A program made the translations under genes and the position numbers. Shown here one piece after another: positions 1 through 44,610 of a stretch of 64,000 bases of DNA. Where the stretch lies: assembly GCF_035594765.1 (NCBI RefSeq), contig NC_085846.1:13503190-13567189 (forward strand), in the 5' to 3' direction. The DNA is from Anolis carolinensis (taxonomy: Eukaryota). The notes under the pieces were generated by a model. The model was given only the letters and a program-made list of their open reading frames with translations. It was not told the origin of the DNA and searched no databases. The first letter of the stretch is position 1; each line of letters opens with the position of its first letter.

Positions 1-54
1 TATGATTCTATGATTCTATGAATGAATGCAATTTGACACCACTTTAACTGCTAC

Positions 55-106
<52 letters not shown>
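55..106. repeat. (TAA)n microsatellite
   Basis: Read directly. Confidence 0.95.
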
Positions 107-108
<2 letters not shown>

Positions 109-890
109 TAGGTAAAGATAAAGATTTCCCCTACATTCTTCAGTGTAGACACAGCCAAAATGACTCCAGCCCATTTGCATATCTACAAATTGGAGCTGAA
201 TGTCCAGGTTCAAGCAAATGTGCTTTCAAGCCACCTAACCCTCTGCCATTTGTTTACTTTGATTTAGACATCCAGTTTAATTATACTTTCCCGAACTCCT
301 GGAGCGAAAAGCTTTTAGTCGTCATAGGAACAAGAATTTGTCCTTCCAGTTTAGTTAACCCGCTGCCTCTTGTTTTCCCCATTTCAGAATAGGCTTGTCA
401 ATCTTTTGTCCAGCGGGACACAAGCTGGGCTTTGAACAGCGTGCCTTACCATTGCAGTAGCAGTGAAACATCTCCTGGCATGAGGCGAGAGGAGGAACTT
501 GAACTTGCTTGCCATTTCTGCTTTCAATTTCATATTTTTGTCTTTGATTTATGATGACCTGATGAACAAAACACCTCCGAGTCACCCTGCTTGGGTCTTG
601 CAAACTCAGACCAGCCATGGCTTGCCTGGGTTCATCTACACTGCAGAATTAATGCCGTTTGACACCACTTTAACTGTCACAGAATCCTGAGTGTCTTGGT
701 TCTGCAAGGTCTTTAGACTTCTTTGCCAGAGACGCGTAGTACCCCACCAAACTGCAACTTCCATGTCTCCACAGCATTGAGCCATGTCAATTAAAGTTCT
801 ACATTCTGCAACTTGGGCCCTCCAGGTGTTTTGGACTCCCATCATTCCTAACAGCCTCAGGCCCTTCCTTTTCCTCCTCAGCCGCTTATG

Positions 891-1070
891 TTTACCTTCC
901 TACCAAAGCGGTACCTATTGATTTACTCCAATTTGCATGTTTTCAAACTGTTAGGTTGGCAGAAGCCGGAGCTAACAATGGGAGCTCACTCTGTCCCACA
1001 GATTTAAACCACCAACCTTCTGGTCAGCATGTTCTGCAGCTTAGCAGTTTAACCCACTGTGCCACTGTGG
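891..1070 (-). mobile_element. Sauria-type SINE fragment
   Basis: Reverse-complement homology to the 5421 copy. Confidence 0.7.
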
Positions 1071-1544
1071 TACAAATGCTGGTATAAATATAGCAATAGG
1101 CTGGTAGGTCAGTGCAGACAGTCACCGTCCCTTCTCCCAGTTCCTTAAATGCAAAGACAGGCAGTCACAAACACAGCCATCACTGGACGCACACAAGAGT
1201 CACACTGCTCCCTCCCGACATTCAGGCTGCATCACATACATGATTCTCTTCCTCTTGCAACATGAAAGAGGTACACAAACCACAGTTTTTACAAATGGTG
1301 CGTTTTATTTATTGCTCCAAAATAAAAGCAAATGGGGGGAGGGAATACCAAAGGGCTGAAAAACAGGGCCGTGAGCAGGTAACGATTCAAAAGGAAGCAT
1401 TTCCTAGAAATTCCATGTCTTTGGGGAGACGCCGCACAATTCTGTCTCCCTCCCTCCCCCTCCAAACATGAATGGAACTAATAGGGGTAGTGGGTTGTTC
1501 ACAAATGGGGAGAAATAGGGATGGGGGACTAAGTAATCCCTTGG

Positions 1545-2070
1545 CCGGGTTGCTGTGCGTTTTCTGGGCTGTATAGCCATATTCTGGGCGCATTCTCTCT
1601 TGACGTTTCACCCACATCTATGGCAGGCATCCTCAGAGATTGTGAGGTCTGTTGGAAACTAGGCAAGTGTACTGCCATGTTCCAGAAGCATTACCTCCTG
1701 ACGTTTTGCCCATATCTATGGCAGGCATCCTCAGAGGTTGTGAAGTCTGTTGGAAACTAGGCAAGAGGAGTTTATTCTCCCAGGCAGGAAGCAGCCAGGC
1801 TTTGAAGCTGCAAGGCCATTCAATGCTAATCAAGGTGGTTGACTGCAACATTCACACTTGCCTTAAGCAAACAAGAGTTCTTTCTCCCACCCTGGACATT
1901 TCCCAGATATAACAACCCCACTTGCCTTGTTTCCAAAAGACCTCACAACCTCTTAGGATGCGTGTCATAGATGTGGGCGAAACATCAGGAGAGAATGCTT
2001 CTCGAACATGGCCATACAGCCCGGAAAACTCACAGCAACCCAGTGATTCCGACCATGAAAGCCTTCAACA
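1545..2070. mobile_element. Penelope-like element pLTR fragments: two minus copies and one inverted plus copy, each with a hammerhead motif
   Basis: Repeated CCTCTGAGGATGCCTGCCATAGATGTGGGCGAAACGTCAGGAGAG unit; inverted arrangement typical of Penelope. Confidence 0.8.
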
Positions 2071-2941
2071 ACAAATCCCTTTGCCCTTTTTCAGAATAGC
2101 AGAGAATGGCCAGCAAGGTAAGGGTTGATCTGACAAATCAATTGATGAACAAGAAAGATGAGAAAAGGACAAGTGCGGGAGGCAGGGCTGCATATTTCCT
2201 ATATCCAATCCCATAGTGTAGATAGGTGAATGGTTTAGGATTATTTTTCCTTTGGGGTGAATGGCCATTCTATCAGGCTTCTTCCATGCAGAAGGGATTA
2301 GCTTTTCCCCCTCCTTAAAAAAAGTGATTCCCAATAAGAGTATTTCAATACATTTTGGCACTAACACATCGAACCTCCTGTTTTTACTTAAGACACCACA
2401 TTAAATGCCTCTCCGGCATCTTTCAAAGGGATGTTGGCTGGCTTTCCGTTCTGGGAGCTGAAGCTGTCAATAAAAAAAACACTTCTGCGTTTGAATCCTG
2501 AACGAACAGATGTCCTTCTGGACTGAATCCACAAAGCGGTATTCTTAACACTAAGTGCACATGGAATCCTCCTGAAACAAGGATATGGTGAAGAGAGATA
2601 GCCATATGAAAAGGATTACATTTCTTTTTTCTCTCTCCAAAAAAGTAAAATATCTTTCTCTGCTTTATCAATTCCAAAGGACTTCATGGAGAAGCAGGAG
2701 CTATAAAAGCCTCCGGTTATTTTATTACGGTATTATAATTATTTTCGAAAGCCTACGAGACAAATGAAAGAAGTAAACAATTATTTTAAAGGCTGGAAAC
2801 AAAAAGAAATATATAGAAAAACGTTGGCACAATGGTTCTTTGAAAAGAGGTGTGAAATTACTCCTATATCTCAATGATTTATTATTTCTGAAGACATTAA
2901 CACAATCATACCCAAATTCCTGAATCACTGTGGTCTAAAAG

Positions 2942-3135
2942 CAGGTATGGGCAAAGTTTGGCTCTCCAGGTGTTTTGGACTCCAACTCCTACCATTCCTA
3001 ACAGCCTCGGACCCCTTCCTTTTCCCCCTCAGCCGCTTAAGCGGCTGAGGGGGGAAAGGAAAGGGTCTGAGGCTGTTAGGAATGGTGGGAGTTGGAGTCC
3101 AAAACATCTGGAGGGCCAAACCTTGCCCATGCCCA
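2942..3135. mobile_element. Palindromic hAT-type MITE
   Basis: Near-perfect 194-bp palindrome centred on GCTTAAGC; CAGG terminus; degenerate 8-bp TSD. Confidence 0.85.
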
Positions 3136-3454
3136 GTCTAAAGTTTTATAAGAACATGATCAAAAATCAAAAGGTAGCAGAATTGGGAGAAGTAAGTCAT
3201 TTCTTAAGAGTAGACACCAGAAATAAAGGACATATTGTACAACCCACTGAAAAGTTCTCCTGCACTACCAACACTAAGATAAACAAAAAACAACCAAGGC
3301 AGAGTCAAGCAGAACTCCACTGATGGTAATAGAGATTCCCTGAACTAATTTTCTAGGAATCCCAGACAATTTCCTGCTATGACTGCGTTTTATTTTTATT
3401 TCGACCCGAAACATTGTTTTTTCCACTTGAGACAGAAAATTTAAATTATTGGAC

Positions 3455-3714
3455 CATCCCTACATTAATAACAAATCTAGTATAAATAAATGCAATAATT
3501 GACTCTGCAGCCTAACACAAGATCGGTTGTAATAAATATTTTTGTGTGTGTATGACATTAGTATTTTTGTTTTAATCTTCTCCTCATCCCTACATTAATA
3601 ACAAATCTAGTATAAATGAATGCAATAATTGACTCTGCAGCCTGACACAAGATCGGTTGTAATAAATGTTTTTGTGTGTGTATGACATTAGAACTTTTGC
3701 TTTAATCTTCTCTT
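3455..3714 (+). repeat. 130-bp tandem duplication (2 copies)
   Basis: CATCCCTACATTAATAAC... starts at 3455 and again at 3585; about 7 mismatches. Confidence 0.92.
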
Positions 3715-5082
3715 CCTATTGAAGGATTTGGGGAGAAGATCAGAAGGTCAGAGGAAGAACAGAAGTGTAATCAGAAATCGTTTTGCAGGCAACTGGTAAC
3801 CACTAAGGCCCATTTACCTGGGATTCACCTGGGACTGAATCCCAGGTAAATGTAGGTAACTGCATAGGATTTCTCTGTAAAGCTACTAGCAGATTGCCTT
3901 GTTCTTTGCAGGACTTTTCAAGAGGTTCATGGCCAAGTATAAGGATTGGTACCCGTTCCAGATGGGAGAATGCACTGCTTGCAAACCTATTCAAAATTAC
4001 ACACACTGCTTTTTCTTCTTGTAGGGCAACTTAAAATCCATCCTATAGGGATGGATGAATTGTTCCCAACACATAAATGAATTATTCCGGTGACCCTACA
4101 ATTTTCCCTCTTGAAAAAAGAAGTATTGGCTTTCTTTTTGGAAGATCTCATTTATTTCCAGTCCTGAAAAAACTTAATGGAAGTTCATTCTTCTCAATGT
4201 ATTGGGTCCGTTCTCCTTTCAAACATATTTTGACATTATGGGGGTCTACACTTGGTTTCTGTACCACAGCATCTACTTATTCCATCTTTCTTTTATCCTT
4301 GTAGGTACTTGTTTGCCACTTACTTTTAGGATTTAAATACAATTTGTTAGGGGAAGTTTTGTACAAACTATCTGTTTGGGTTTTGAGTGATGTTACTCAG
4401 TCTACAGAGAACTTTATTTAAACGGCAGCACTTGTGATTGAGGTCAATTTCCTTTTAACTAGGGCTTGGATCCACTTTAAATCCACTTTAGGGAGGGGGC
4501 TTTAAACAGCTCAGCCAGACAGTTCCCGGGCCTCACCAAACTACAAACTCCAGAATTCTGCAGGAGGCAGAAACAGGATTTAAAGTGGATTCATGCTCTA
4601 ATGTGATGAGGCAGCAGGAGAGCAAAGCAAGGGAGTAAAGGGTAAGATACAAGCCCTCCTTCTTCCTCAGCCCTTAAGAAAATAATAAACCAAGAGAGGA
4701 TAAGAAGACTTAATAAATAGAGAAATAAATCAAAGGTAACCAACAGATAAAGCAGAAAAAGTCTCTGTGTGTGTGTATGCGTGTGTTTGTGTGTGTGAGA
4801 GAAACGCGTTTGGCACATTGAAGAGGGTATTTACAAGGCGAGGGGAGTGGACGGCGTCCAAAGCTGGGAGAGTGGACAGTGAGGCAGCAACATGGAGAGG
4901 AAGGGAGAAAGCTCGATCTGTGGGGCAGAGAGAAGAAGAAGCTCCCTCTCTCCCCTCCGTTTTTCCCCTGGGCCCCCCCAAAAACCACCTTCCACTATTC
5001 CCTCCGAAATAGGAATCATTCTCAGTCGCTGCTCCTCAAACCCGCTTGGGTCGGGGGAAGAATGCAGATCACAGAACATCTT

Positions 5083-36840
<31,758 letters not shown>

Positions 36841-38563
36841 TTTGGATTTCCTCAGACCTGCAGAATACCTAGTCTAGCTATTTCCTTCTCCTACCAGGCA
36901 AGGGAGCCGTGGAGCCAGGAGCCGGCTGAGCAAATGAAAATGCAGGAGATTGCCTTGCAATGGCTATTCCTGCTATTATTTTCCAGAATATTTCTTTTCC
37001 TTTCAAAAAGCAAGCTGGGCTTTGTGTGTTGGAAAGATCCAGTTCTTTACCTCTCCTCCACTCTATTTCTGGTCACTAGATGCTCTCTTCTCTCTATGTA
37101 TGTGTGTGTGTGTTTGAAAACCTACAATACGTGATGCTCTCTTTTTTCTTCCTCTTTAAAGATAAATAGTGAAGGTATCCTCCTTGGATACAAATCTGGA
37201 AGATGAGGTGGTCATCTGGACATCTTCTCCTGTTCCATTCCAGGCCTCTTTAACAAAAGATTTCTCTCCTGCCTTTTCTCTTGTGATTTTGACCAATAAA
37301 GCAGCCACCTAAGCTCACTTTGATAGAGCAAAGGATGCTGAGATGGATCTCCTTGCGTACGGAAAGGCTCTCTGGTTTCTTGGCAAGAGGAACGGACTGG
37401 ATAGTTCTGCCCTTCCACGACCCATATGTTCCCTCTGAAGCGCTTCAGAAGCCAAACCTCTGAGCAAGCTACCTATATACACCTCCCTGGAAGGAATGTA
37501 TACATTTCCTATGCTACAAGGACTTGACATTTAGTGCCAGTGGCATGCTTGCTTTTTCTCCCCCCACTCTGCCCAGTCTCACTAAAGGATTTCAGAGTGT
37601 TACAAAACCCACACGCAAAGACAACACATAGATGCGGTGAACGGCCGCCTTAAAAAAAAATGTAAGAGCCTCTTCCTCTTTTTTCTGTCTTTCTCTTTCT
37701 CTCTCTCTCTCTCTCTCCCTCACACCCACCCCGTCCTTGACAATGAAACGCAACGGATGGCAGCCTGCGCCTTTGCAAAAAGCAACGCAGCTGGTAGATA
37801 CAGATTATGCTGGGTCCTATGGTAGCCCTTTGCAGAATGTGGAAGATGGGCTTCCCTCCCCCACTCTAGCGGGTGCCTATAGGTATATGGTTTGCAAAGG
37901 CTCTCTCTGTGTATGTGTGTGTGTTATATATCCCCTGTATGTCTTCCATTCTAAGACACACTTTCCCACTATACAAACATATCTAAAAACAGGACCCATC
38001 TTAAAACCAAGGGTGCATTTTCATATATATAAAGCATAATTTTTTCTGTTGGTGGTACTGAAATTAATGTGAATCTTACAATCGATGACATCTTAGAATC
38101 GTTGTATGTATATGTATATACATATATTGCATATATATGTATACACACACACATATTGCTGATCCCTTTGTAAAAATAAAGATTAAGGCAATGCCTGCTC
38201 TCATGCAGAACAGAGGCCTTATCTAAGAATGCTGCCCTCTGATCTGGAAGAGAATAAATCTGGATAAATGGATCGCTCTTTCGAAATGAGACAGGGATAT
38301 TGTGAACAGCCTGTTCTGTGATGGACAAATAAATGGACCTGGGGAGTCGGAGCAAAGGCAAAGAAAGATATATTCTTCTAGTTTGCTATCAACAAGAGAG
38401 ACAATTCTGAGACAAAATAAAAAATAAAAGTTAGCAAAATTGAGTTTTGTATGTATGCTGATCACAAATAAGGTTTGGCCTTTGATCAATGGAGTCTGCA
38501 AGAGATAAAGTCACAACAGCTGGCCCTTTCCTCCCTCCCTTTTCTTCTATAATTGAAGCAAAT

Positions 38564-38610
<47 letters not shown>

Positions 38611-38625
38611 GATAGATAGATAGAT
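38564..38625. repeat. (GATA)n microsatellite
   Basis: Read directly. Confidence 0.95.
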
Positions 38626-38627
38626 GA

Positions 38628-38950
38628 AGCCCCCCCCCCCAGTGGCGCAGTGTGTTAAAGCGCTGAGCTGCTGAACTTGCAGACCGAAAGGTCGAAGTTT
38701 CGAATCCGGAGAGCAGACTGAGGGCCCGCTGTTAGTCCCAGCTTCTGCCAACCTAGCAGTTCGAAAACATGCAAATGTGAGTAGATCAATAGGTACTGCT
38801 CCAGCGGGCAGATAACGGTGCTCCACCTAGTCATGCCAGCCACATGACCTTGGAGGTGTCTACAGACAACACCAGCTCTTCGGCTTAGAAATGGAGATAA
38901 GCACCAACCCCCAGAGTCGGATTTAATATCAGGCAAAAACCTTTACCTTT

Positions 38951-38951
<1 letters not shown>
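38628..38951 (+). mobile_element. Sauria-type SINE
   Basis: Full head-to-ACCTTT-tail homology. Confidence 0.85.

Positions 38952-38991
<40 letters not shown>
38952..38991. repeat. (CA)n microsatellite
   Basis: Read directly; abuts the SINE tail. Confidence 0.9.
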
Positions 38992-39987
38992 TATTATTGC
39001 AAATTCAAGGCAGGCATCCTGGTAAAGATTCTGTTTGATCCACATATTTCTCTGCATTCTATATTTATTTCAGCATCCTTTCAATTCACTGTGCGCTTTT
39101 GCAAACTCAGATGCTGGAGTCCTTAGAAAAAGTATTTCAACGAGCTTCTACATCTCTGTATTGTTTATTATTATTGATGGAGAGATAGCTCTGTTATTCT
39201 CTGCCGACCTTATTTAGTCTCCTTTTTGTATTTCTCTCTAGGGGGAGAGGATATAGAATTCTACTCTCTCTCTTTCAGAAAACAATTCCTTCTCCTTGTT
39301 AACACCCATTAGCTGCCATTATACTCTTGCTATGTATCATTTCCCATTTTCCTGCCCCCCAAATGTGCTCCCCCTTGTAGTTATAGGCTTCCCAAAAGGC
39401 TCTTCCACCTCAAAGCAAGGATTGGAGGGGGGTCTTGCCCCCTTTTCCTCAAACTGGAGAATGTGGGTGGGAGTGATTTATCCTGAAATGAAAGTGGGGA
39501 GTGTGAGTCGGAGCACATAGAAAGGAGGCGGCTAATGGAGGAGGACCAGAAAGGAGGGGGGGGGGGATTTTGCCTTTGCAGTGGTTGCCATGGGAGTTGC
39601 TATGGGAGGGAGGTTGCTAAGGGAGGCACGGTGGTTGCCAAGCAGTTGCTAGGTTAGGTACCAGAGGCTGGTAGGGCCCTGCATCACCAAGGATGCCTGA
39701 TAGGCCATTGCAAGGGCTTCTCTGGAAAACATCCCATCTGCACAAAGCAAGCAGAGGGGAATGTTGGTGGGGCTTCACTCTCCAAACAAACACTCCCAAC
39801 AGATGAACATCCAGCCTGTTTGAAAACCGCCATGCTCTGCTGAACAGCCCTTACCATCAGGAAGTTCTTTCAAACATTTAGGGGGAGTCTCTTTTCCTGC
39901 CAGTGCTTTTCCCCTCGTCAATGCAACATCCTTTTAAATATTTACTATCAGGTCTCCTCTCTGCCTTCTTTTTCCCCCAAGCTAAAC

Positions 39988-40293
39988 AGCCTCAGTGGCG
40001 AAGTGTGTTAAAGCATTGAGCTGCTGAACTTGCAGACCGAAAAGTGCCAGGTTCAAACCCCGGGAGCGGCCACTGTTAGCTCCAGCTTCTGCCAACCTAG
40101 CAGTTCGAAAACATGCCAATGTGAGTAGATCAATAGGTCTTCCTCTGACGGGAAGGTAACGGCGCTCCATGCAGTCATGCTGGCCACATGACCTTGGAGG
40201 TGTCTACGGACACCTCTTCAGCTTAGAAATGGAGATGAGCACCAACCCCAGAGTCAGACACGACTGGACTTAACGTCAGGGGAAACCTTTACC
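39988..40293 (+). mobile_element. Sauria-type SINE
   Basis: Full head-to-tail homology. Confidence 0.85.
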
Positions 40294-40349
40294 TGAACAT
40301 CCCCAGTTCCCTAAGCTGTACCTCATAGGGTTTGGTTTCCAAACCTTTG

Positions 40350-41047
40350 GTCATTTTCCAGAAGCATTCACTCCTGACATTTCACCCACATTTATGGCAA
40401 GCATCCTCAGAGGTTGTGAGGTCTGTTGGTAAACTAGGCAAGTGGGGTTAATATATCTGTGGAAGGTCCAGGGTGGGAGAAAGAACTCTTGACTGCTTGA
40501 GGCAAGTATGAATGGTGCATTCAGCCACCATGTCAGACTACAGAGAGAAGCCACTGAAATCCGCAAGCATGTGGACAATTTCAACAGAAAGGAGGAAACC
40601 ATGAAAATTAACAAAATCTGGCTACCAGTATATTTTTAAAAAATCTCTAATATCCTGACAGTAAATAAAGAACAATACTAAAAAAAAACCAGGGGGATTC
40701 CAGACAGGAAACAATCAGGGCTAGTTAATAATCTCCCAACAAAGCATTCCCCCAGGCAGGAAGCAGCCAGGCTTTGAATCTGCAAGGCCATTCAATGCTA
40801 ATCAAGCTGGCCAATTCCACCATTCACACTTGCCTCAAGCAGACAAGAGTTCTTTTTCCCACCCTGGACATTCCACAGATATATAAACATAGTTTTCCAA
40901 TAGACCTCACAACCTCTGAGGATGCCTGCCATTTAGGTGGGTGAAACTTCAGGAGAGAATGCTTCAGGAGAGAATGAACATGGTCCTACAGCCTGGAAAA
41001 CTCACAGCAACCCAGTGATTCCAGCTATGAAAGCCTTTGACAACACA
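40350..41047. mobile_element. Penelope-like element 3' end with inverted partial pLTR
   Basis: Plus strand from about 40525 reads HHVRLQREATEIRKHVDNFNRKEETMKINKIWLP; inverted pLTR copy at 40350-40525. Confidence 0.8.
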
Positions 41048-41049
41048 TT

Positions 41050-41340
41050 GGTAATTTTGGTCACCCTTCTCTGGACATGTTCCAGCTTGTCTATATCCTT
41101 TTTGAATTGTGGTGCCTGGAACTGGACACAATATTATTCCAGTGAGGTCTGACCAAAGCAGAATAGAGTGGGACTATGACTTCCCTTGACCTTGACACTA
41201 TGCTCTCATTGATCCCACCTAGAATAACACTGCCTTTTAAAGCTGGTGCATCACAGTGTGGACTTGTGTTCAGCTTGTGGTCTGTGAAGACTCCTAGATC
41301 CCTTTCACATGTACTGTTTCCAAGCCAGATGCCACCTATT
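41050..41340 (-). mobile_element. Older CR1 LINE fragment
   Basis: Degenerate match to the CR1 RT region at 23010-23250. Confidence 0.75.
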
Positions 41341-41991
41341 TTCAGGATAGGGTGAAATTAGAAAATGGTTGCCATGAGACTTGCGACTGAATTTTATGTA
41401 ATCTAACTGTAAACTTTATGTAATCTAGCTGTAATCAGAAAAAACAGACTTTAGTAGCGAAGAGCATTTCCTGGCCCCATTCCTCCCAGCCCCCTTTCCT
41501 TTTGTGTTGTGTCTGTTGGATGGGGAGCTGGAGGGCAGAAGCTGTCTTATCCTTGGTCTTCAAAAAGCCACTCTGGGAGCCTTTTTGATTGACAAGCAGA
41601 GGAAAAGTGCTTTGAAATTAAATAGGATCAGGGTTGCCAATCCAGGATTGTCCTCTTCCTAGAGGTTTCTAGGCCAAAACCTGAGAGACCCAGAGACAGC
41701 CCTGGGTGATGCCATTATTACGCTTTCAAAGTAAGCACAGTTGCTCACAGCTTGTTATTCAAACACAGAGAAAGACAGAGAGAGAAACTATTTTCCATAT
41801 GGCAAAAATGGAAACTAAATGGGAAATCTTTGCTAAAGGGTCTGTTCCCAGAACAATATGAGGTGAGCGGATTATTCCTTTTCATTTGCATAAAGAGATG
41901 CTCAGTGTTATCCCTCTTGCTTCCAGCTAAAAGGATGCAAAGCAGAGTAGAGGGTAAGTCCTGGCTTTAAAATAATTGTGAAGGAAGGACA

Positions 41992-42478
41992 TTTATTTAT
42001 TTGTTTACAGTATTTATATTCCAATCTTCTCACCCTGAAGGGGACTCAGGGCGGATCACAGAACATACATATGTCGTAAACATTCAATGACATTTATACA
42101 ATGACAACAGACAATTATACATAGAAAGAGTTATATATAGGCTTTTGGCAACTTTGGCATACTGGAGGCTTGTGTTCAGTTCCAGCCCCGGGTGGGTGGG
42201 TGCTATCGCTCCATCTTCCTGCCGAGGAGCTTTATTCGTAAAATTTCCTCCTTGATCGAATTGCCGGAATTTTTCTGGCATTTCCTTATGGGTGCCTTAA
42301 AATACCTCCCCACTTTTAAGCGGTACCTATTTATCTACTCACGTTTTGCTTTCAAACCACTAAGTAGGTGGAAGCTGGGCTGAAAGCCAGGAGCTTACCC
42401 TGACCTGGGTTTTGAATTGTCAACCATTCAACTGACAAGGTTTACTGCAGCTGGTGGTTTAACCTGCTGTGCTAAAGC
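41992..42478 (-). mobile_element. Anolis SINE2-like element
   Basis: (TTTA)n tail, L2-like end and tRNA-like head. Confidence 0.65.
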
Positions 42479-43135
42479 ATGGCTCTAAATAAATACATAG
42501 ACCCCTCCCTGTCCCCTGACTGTAGAATCTTTGTAAGTTGTTGCAACAAAACAATTAAATCTTGCCAATTGTAGCAAGTTGTTAGTCTACAGCTGTTAGC
42601 TGAGCTGGACATTTGCACACAGATATTTCCTCTGGCCAAGAACTGAACCCTCAAATTAATATTTGTATGCACATTTCTCACCTAGAGATGAGCTTCTCAA
42701 AACTGGATACTCAGAGCCAGACACAGATTAGGATACTGGGAGACCAGGGTCCAAATCCCTGCTCAGCCATGGGCAAGTCACAATCTGAGTTTCAAGGGAA
42801 AGCAATGTTAAACCACCTCTGAATAAATCTTGCCAAGAAAAACTTGTGATAGGTTTGTCTTTTCTACTTTATGGTGGTCCTAAAGTGAACCTATTTCGGG
42901 GATTTCTTGGCGAGATTTCTTCAGAAGGGGGTTGCTTTTGCATTCCTCTGATTATCAGATTTTCCTTGGGTGTTGTGTGTAGTTTCTGACTTCCTCTGAG
43001 GCTGAGAGTGTGTGACTTACAAACACGTTTACACAGACAAGCAGAAATCCAAACCTTGGTTTCTGAACACTTAAAAAGAAAATGGGTTCCCTGGAACTAC
43101 TGAACACTTAAACCACTATGCCACATGGCTTTGCC

Positions 43136-43716
43136 TTATTTATTTATTTAGTTGCAATGGTTCTTTTGCAGTGGCTCTCAACCTGTGGGTCCCCAGGTGT
43201 TTTGGCCTACAACTCCCAGAAATCCCAGTCAGTTTACCAGGTGTTAGGATTCCTGGGAGTTGAAGGCCAAAACATCTGGGGACCCACAGGTTGAGAACCA
43301 CTGATTTACAGCATTTATATTCTGCCCTTCTCACCCCAAAGGAGACTCAGGGTGGATTACGGCAAACATTAAATGCCCATTATAACAATGATAAGACAGA
43401 CAACAGATAGAGGTATTTATATAGGCTTTCCCATCTTTCGGCATCTTAGGAGGCTGTGCTCGGTTCCGGACACCAGGGGGTGCTGTTGCTCCATCTCCCT
43501 GCCAAAGAGCTTTCTTTGTTCGTAAACTTCCTCTTTTTTTCTGATCCAAATGCCGAGCCTAAATACCTCCTGCTTTAATGCGGTTCCTATTTATCTACTC
43601 ACATTTGTTTACAAACTGTTAGGTTGGCAGAAGCTGAGCTAAACGTCAGGAGCTCACCCTCACCTGGGCTTTGAACTGTCTACCTTCTGGTTGGCAAGAT
43701 TTATTGCAGCTAAAGC
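43136..43716 (-). mobile_element. Anolis SINE2-like element with a hAT MITE (about 43169-43302) inserted in its tail
   Basis: Homology to the 41992 copy; nested CAGTGG...CCACTG element. Confidence 0.65.
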
Positions 43717-44287
43717 CTTGAAGCCACCAAATAACAAAATATGTTAATGATGGTATATTTGCATGAATTTTGGTTTTGTAGCATTTTGAAGAAAAAATGT
43801 TAATTTACCTGTTCTCTTCTGATGTTTTTATGAAAGTGCAAAGGCTGTATAAGTTACATTTTTTGGACTACAACTCCTAGAGCCCCTTAGGCAGCATAGC
43901 TAGTAGCAATTCTTCTTGCAGGGTTCTGAGAATTATAATCCTAACAATAATATTTACAAACTCTATTTTTTTATTTATTTTTTGCCCTAGCTCAATATAG
44001 TTAGCATAATGAACCATGAATGTCAAGTCCATTTTGGTGTACTTTCCATTTTGGCACTTAGGTTGGCTGGCACTCACTGCCCAGTTTCTTAATCTTTGTT
44101 ATTTTGGACATGTAAGGTGTCTCAGGTAGATAGCTCACAAGAGCTACCTACTTACCATGAGAATTGCCATGGGAAAAAAAAAGATACAATCAGAACTTGG
44201 ACAAGTTACTTTGGATTAATAACATTTTCAGAATTCATTAGCAACCATGTCCTGGAGAAGTAAAGACTGGGGGCTACGGGGATTTAT

Positions 44288-44610
44288 AGGTAAAGGTTTT
44301 CCCCTGACATAAAGTCTAGTCGTGTCTGACTCTGAGGGTTGGTTCTCATCTCCATTTCTAAGCCCAAGTGCCAGCATTGTCTGTAGCTGTCTCCAAGGTC
44401 ATGTGGCTGGCATGACTGCATGGAATGCCGTTACCTTCCCGCTGGAACAGTACCTATTGATCTACTCATATTTGCATCTTTTCAAACTGCTAGGTTGGCA
44501 GAAGTTGGGGCTAACAGCGGGAGCTTACCTCACTCCCCAGATTCAAACCGCCGACCTTTCAGTCAGCAAGTTCAGCAGCTCAGAAGTTTAACCTGCTGCA
44601 CTATAGGGGA
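44288..44610 (-). mobile_element. Sauria-type SINE
   Basis: Reverse-complement homology. Confidence 0.82.

Noticed and set aside
16-213. Poly-Tyr ORF (and the poly-Asn ORF at 18394-18807)
   Set aside because: Translations of (TAA)n and (ATT)n microsatellites.
355-618. Possible exon of a neighbouring gene such as CDIPT
   Set aside because: No similarity to any protein I recognise, and no convincing splice signals.
3455-3714. CRISPR-like array
   Set aside because: A two-copy direct tandem duplication without spacers, in vertebrate DNA.
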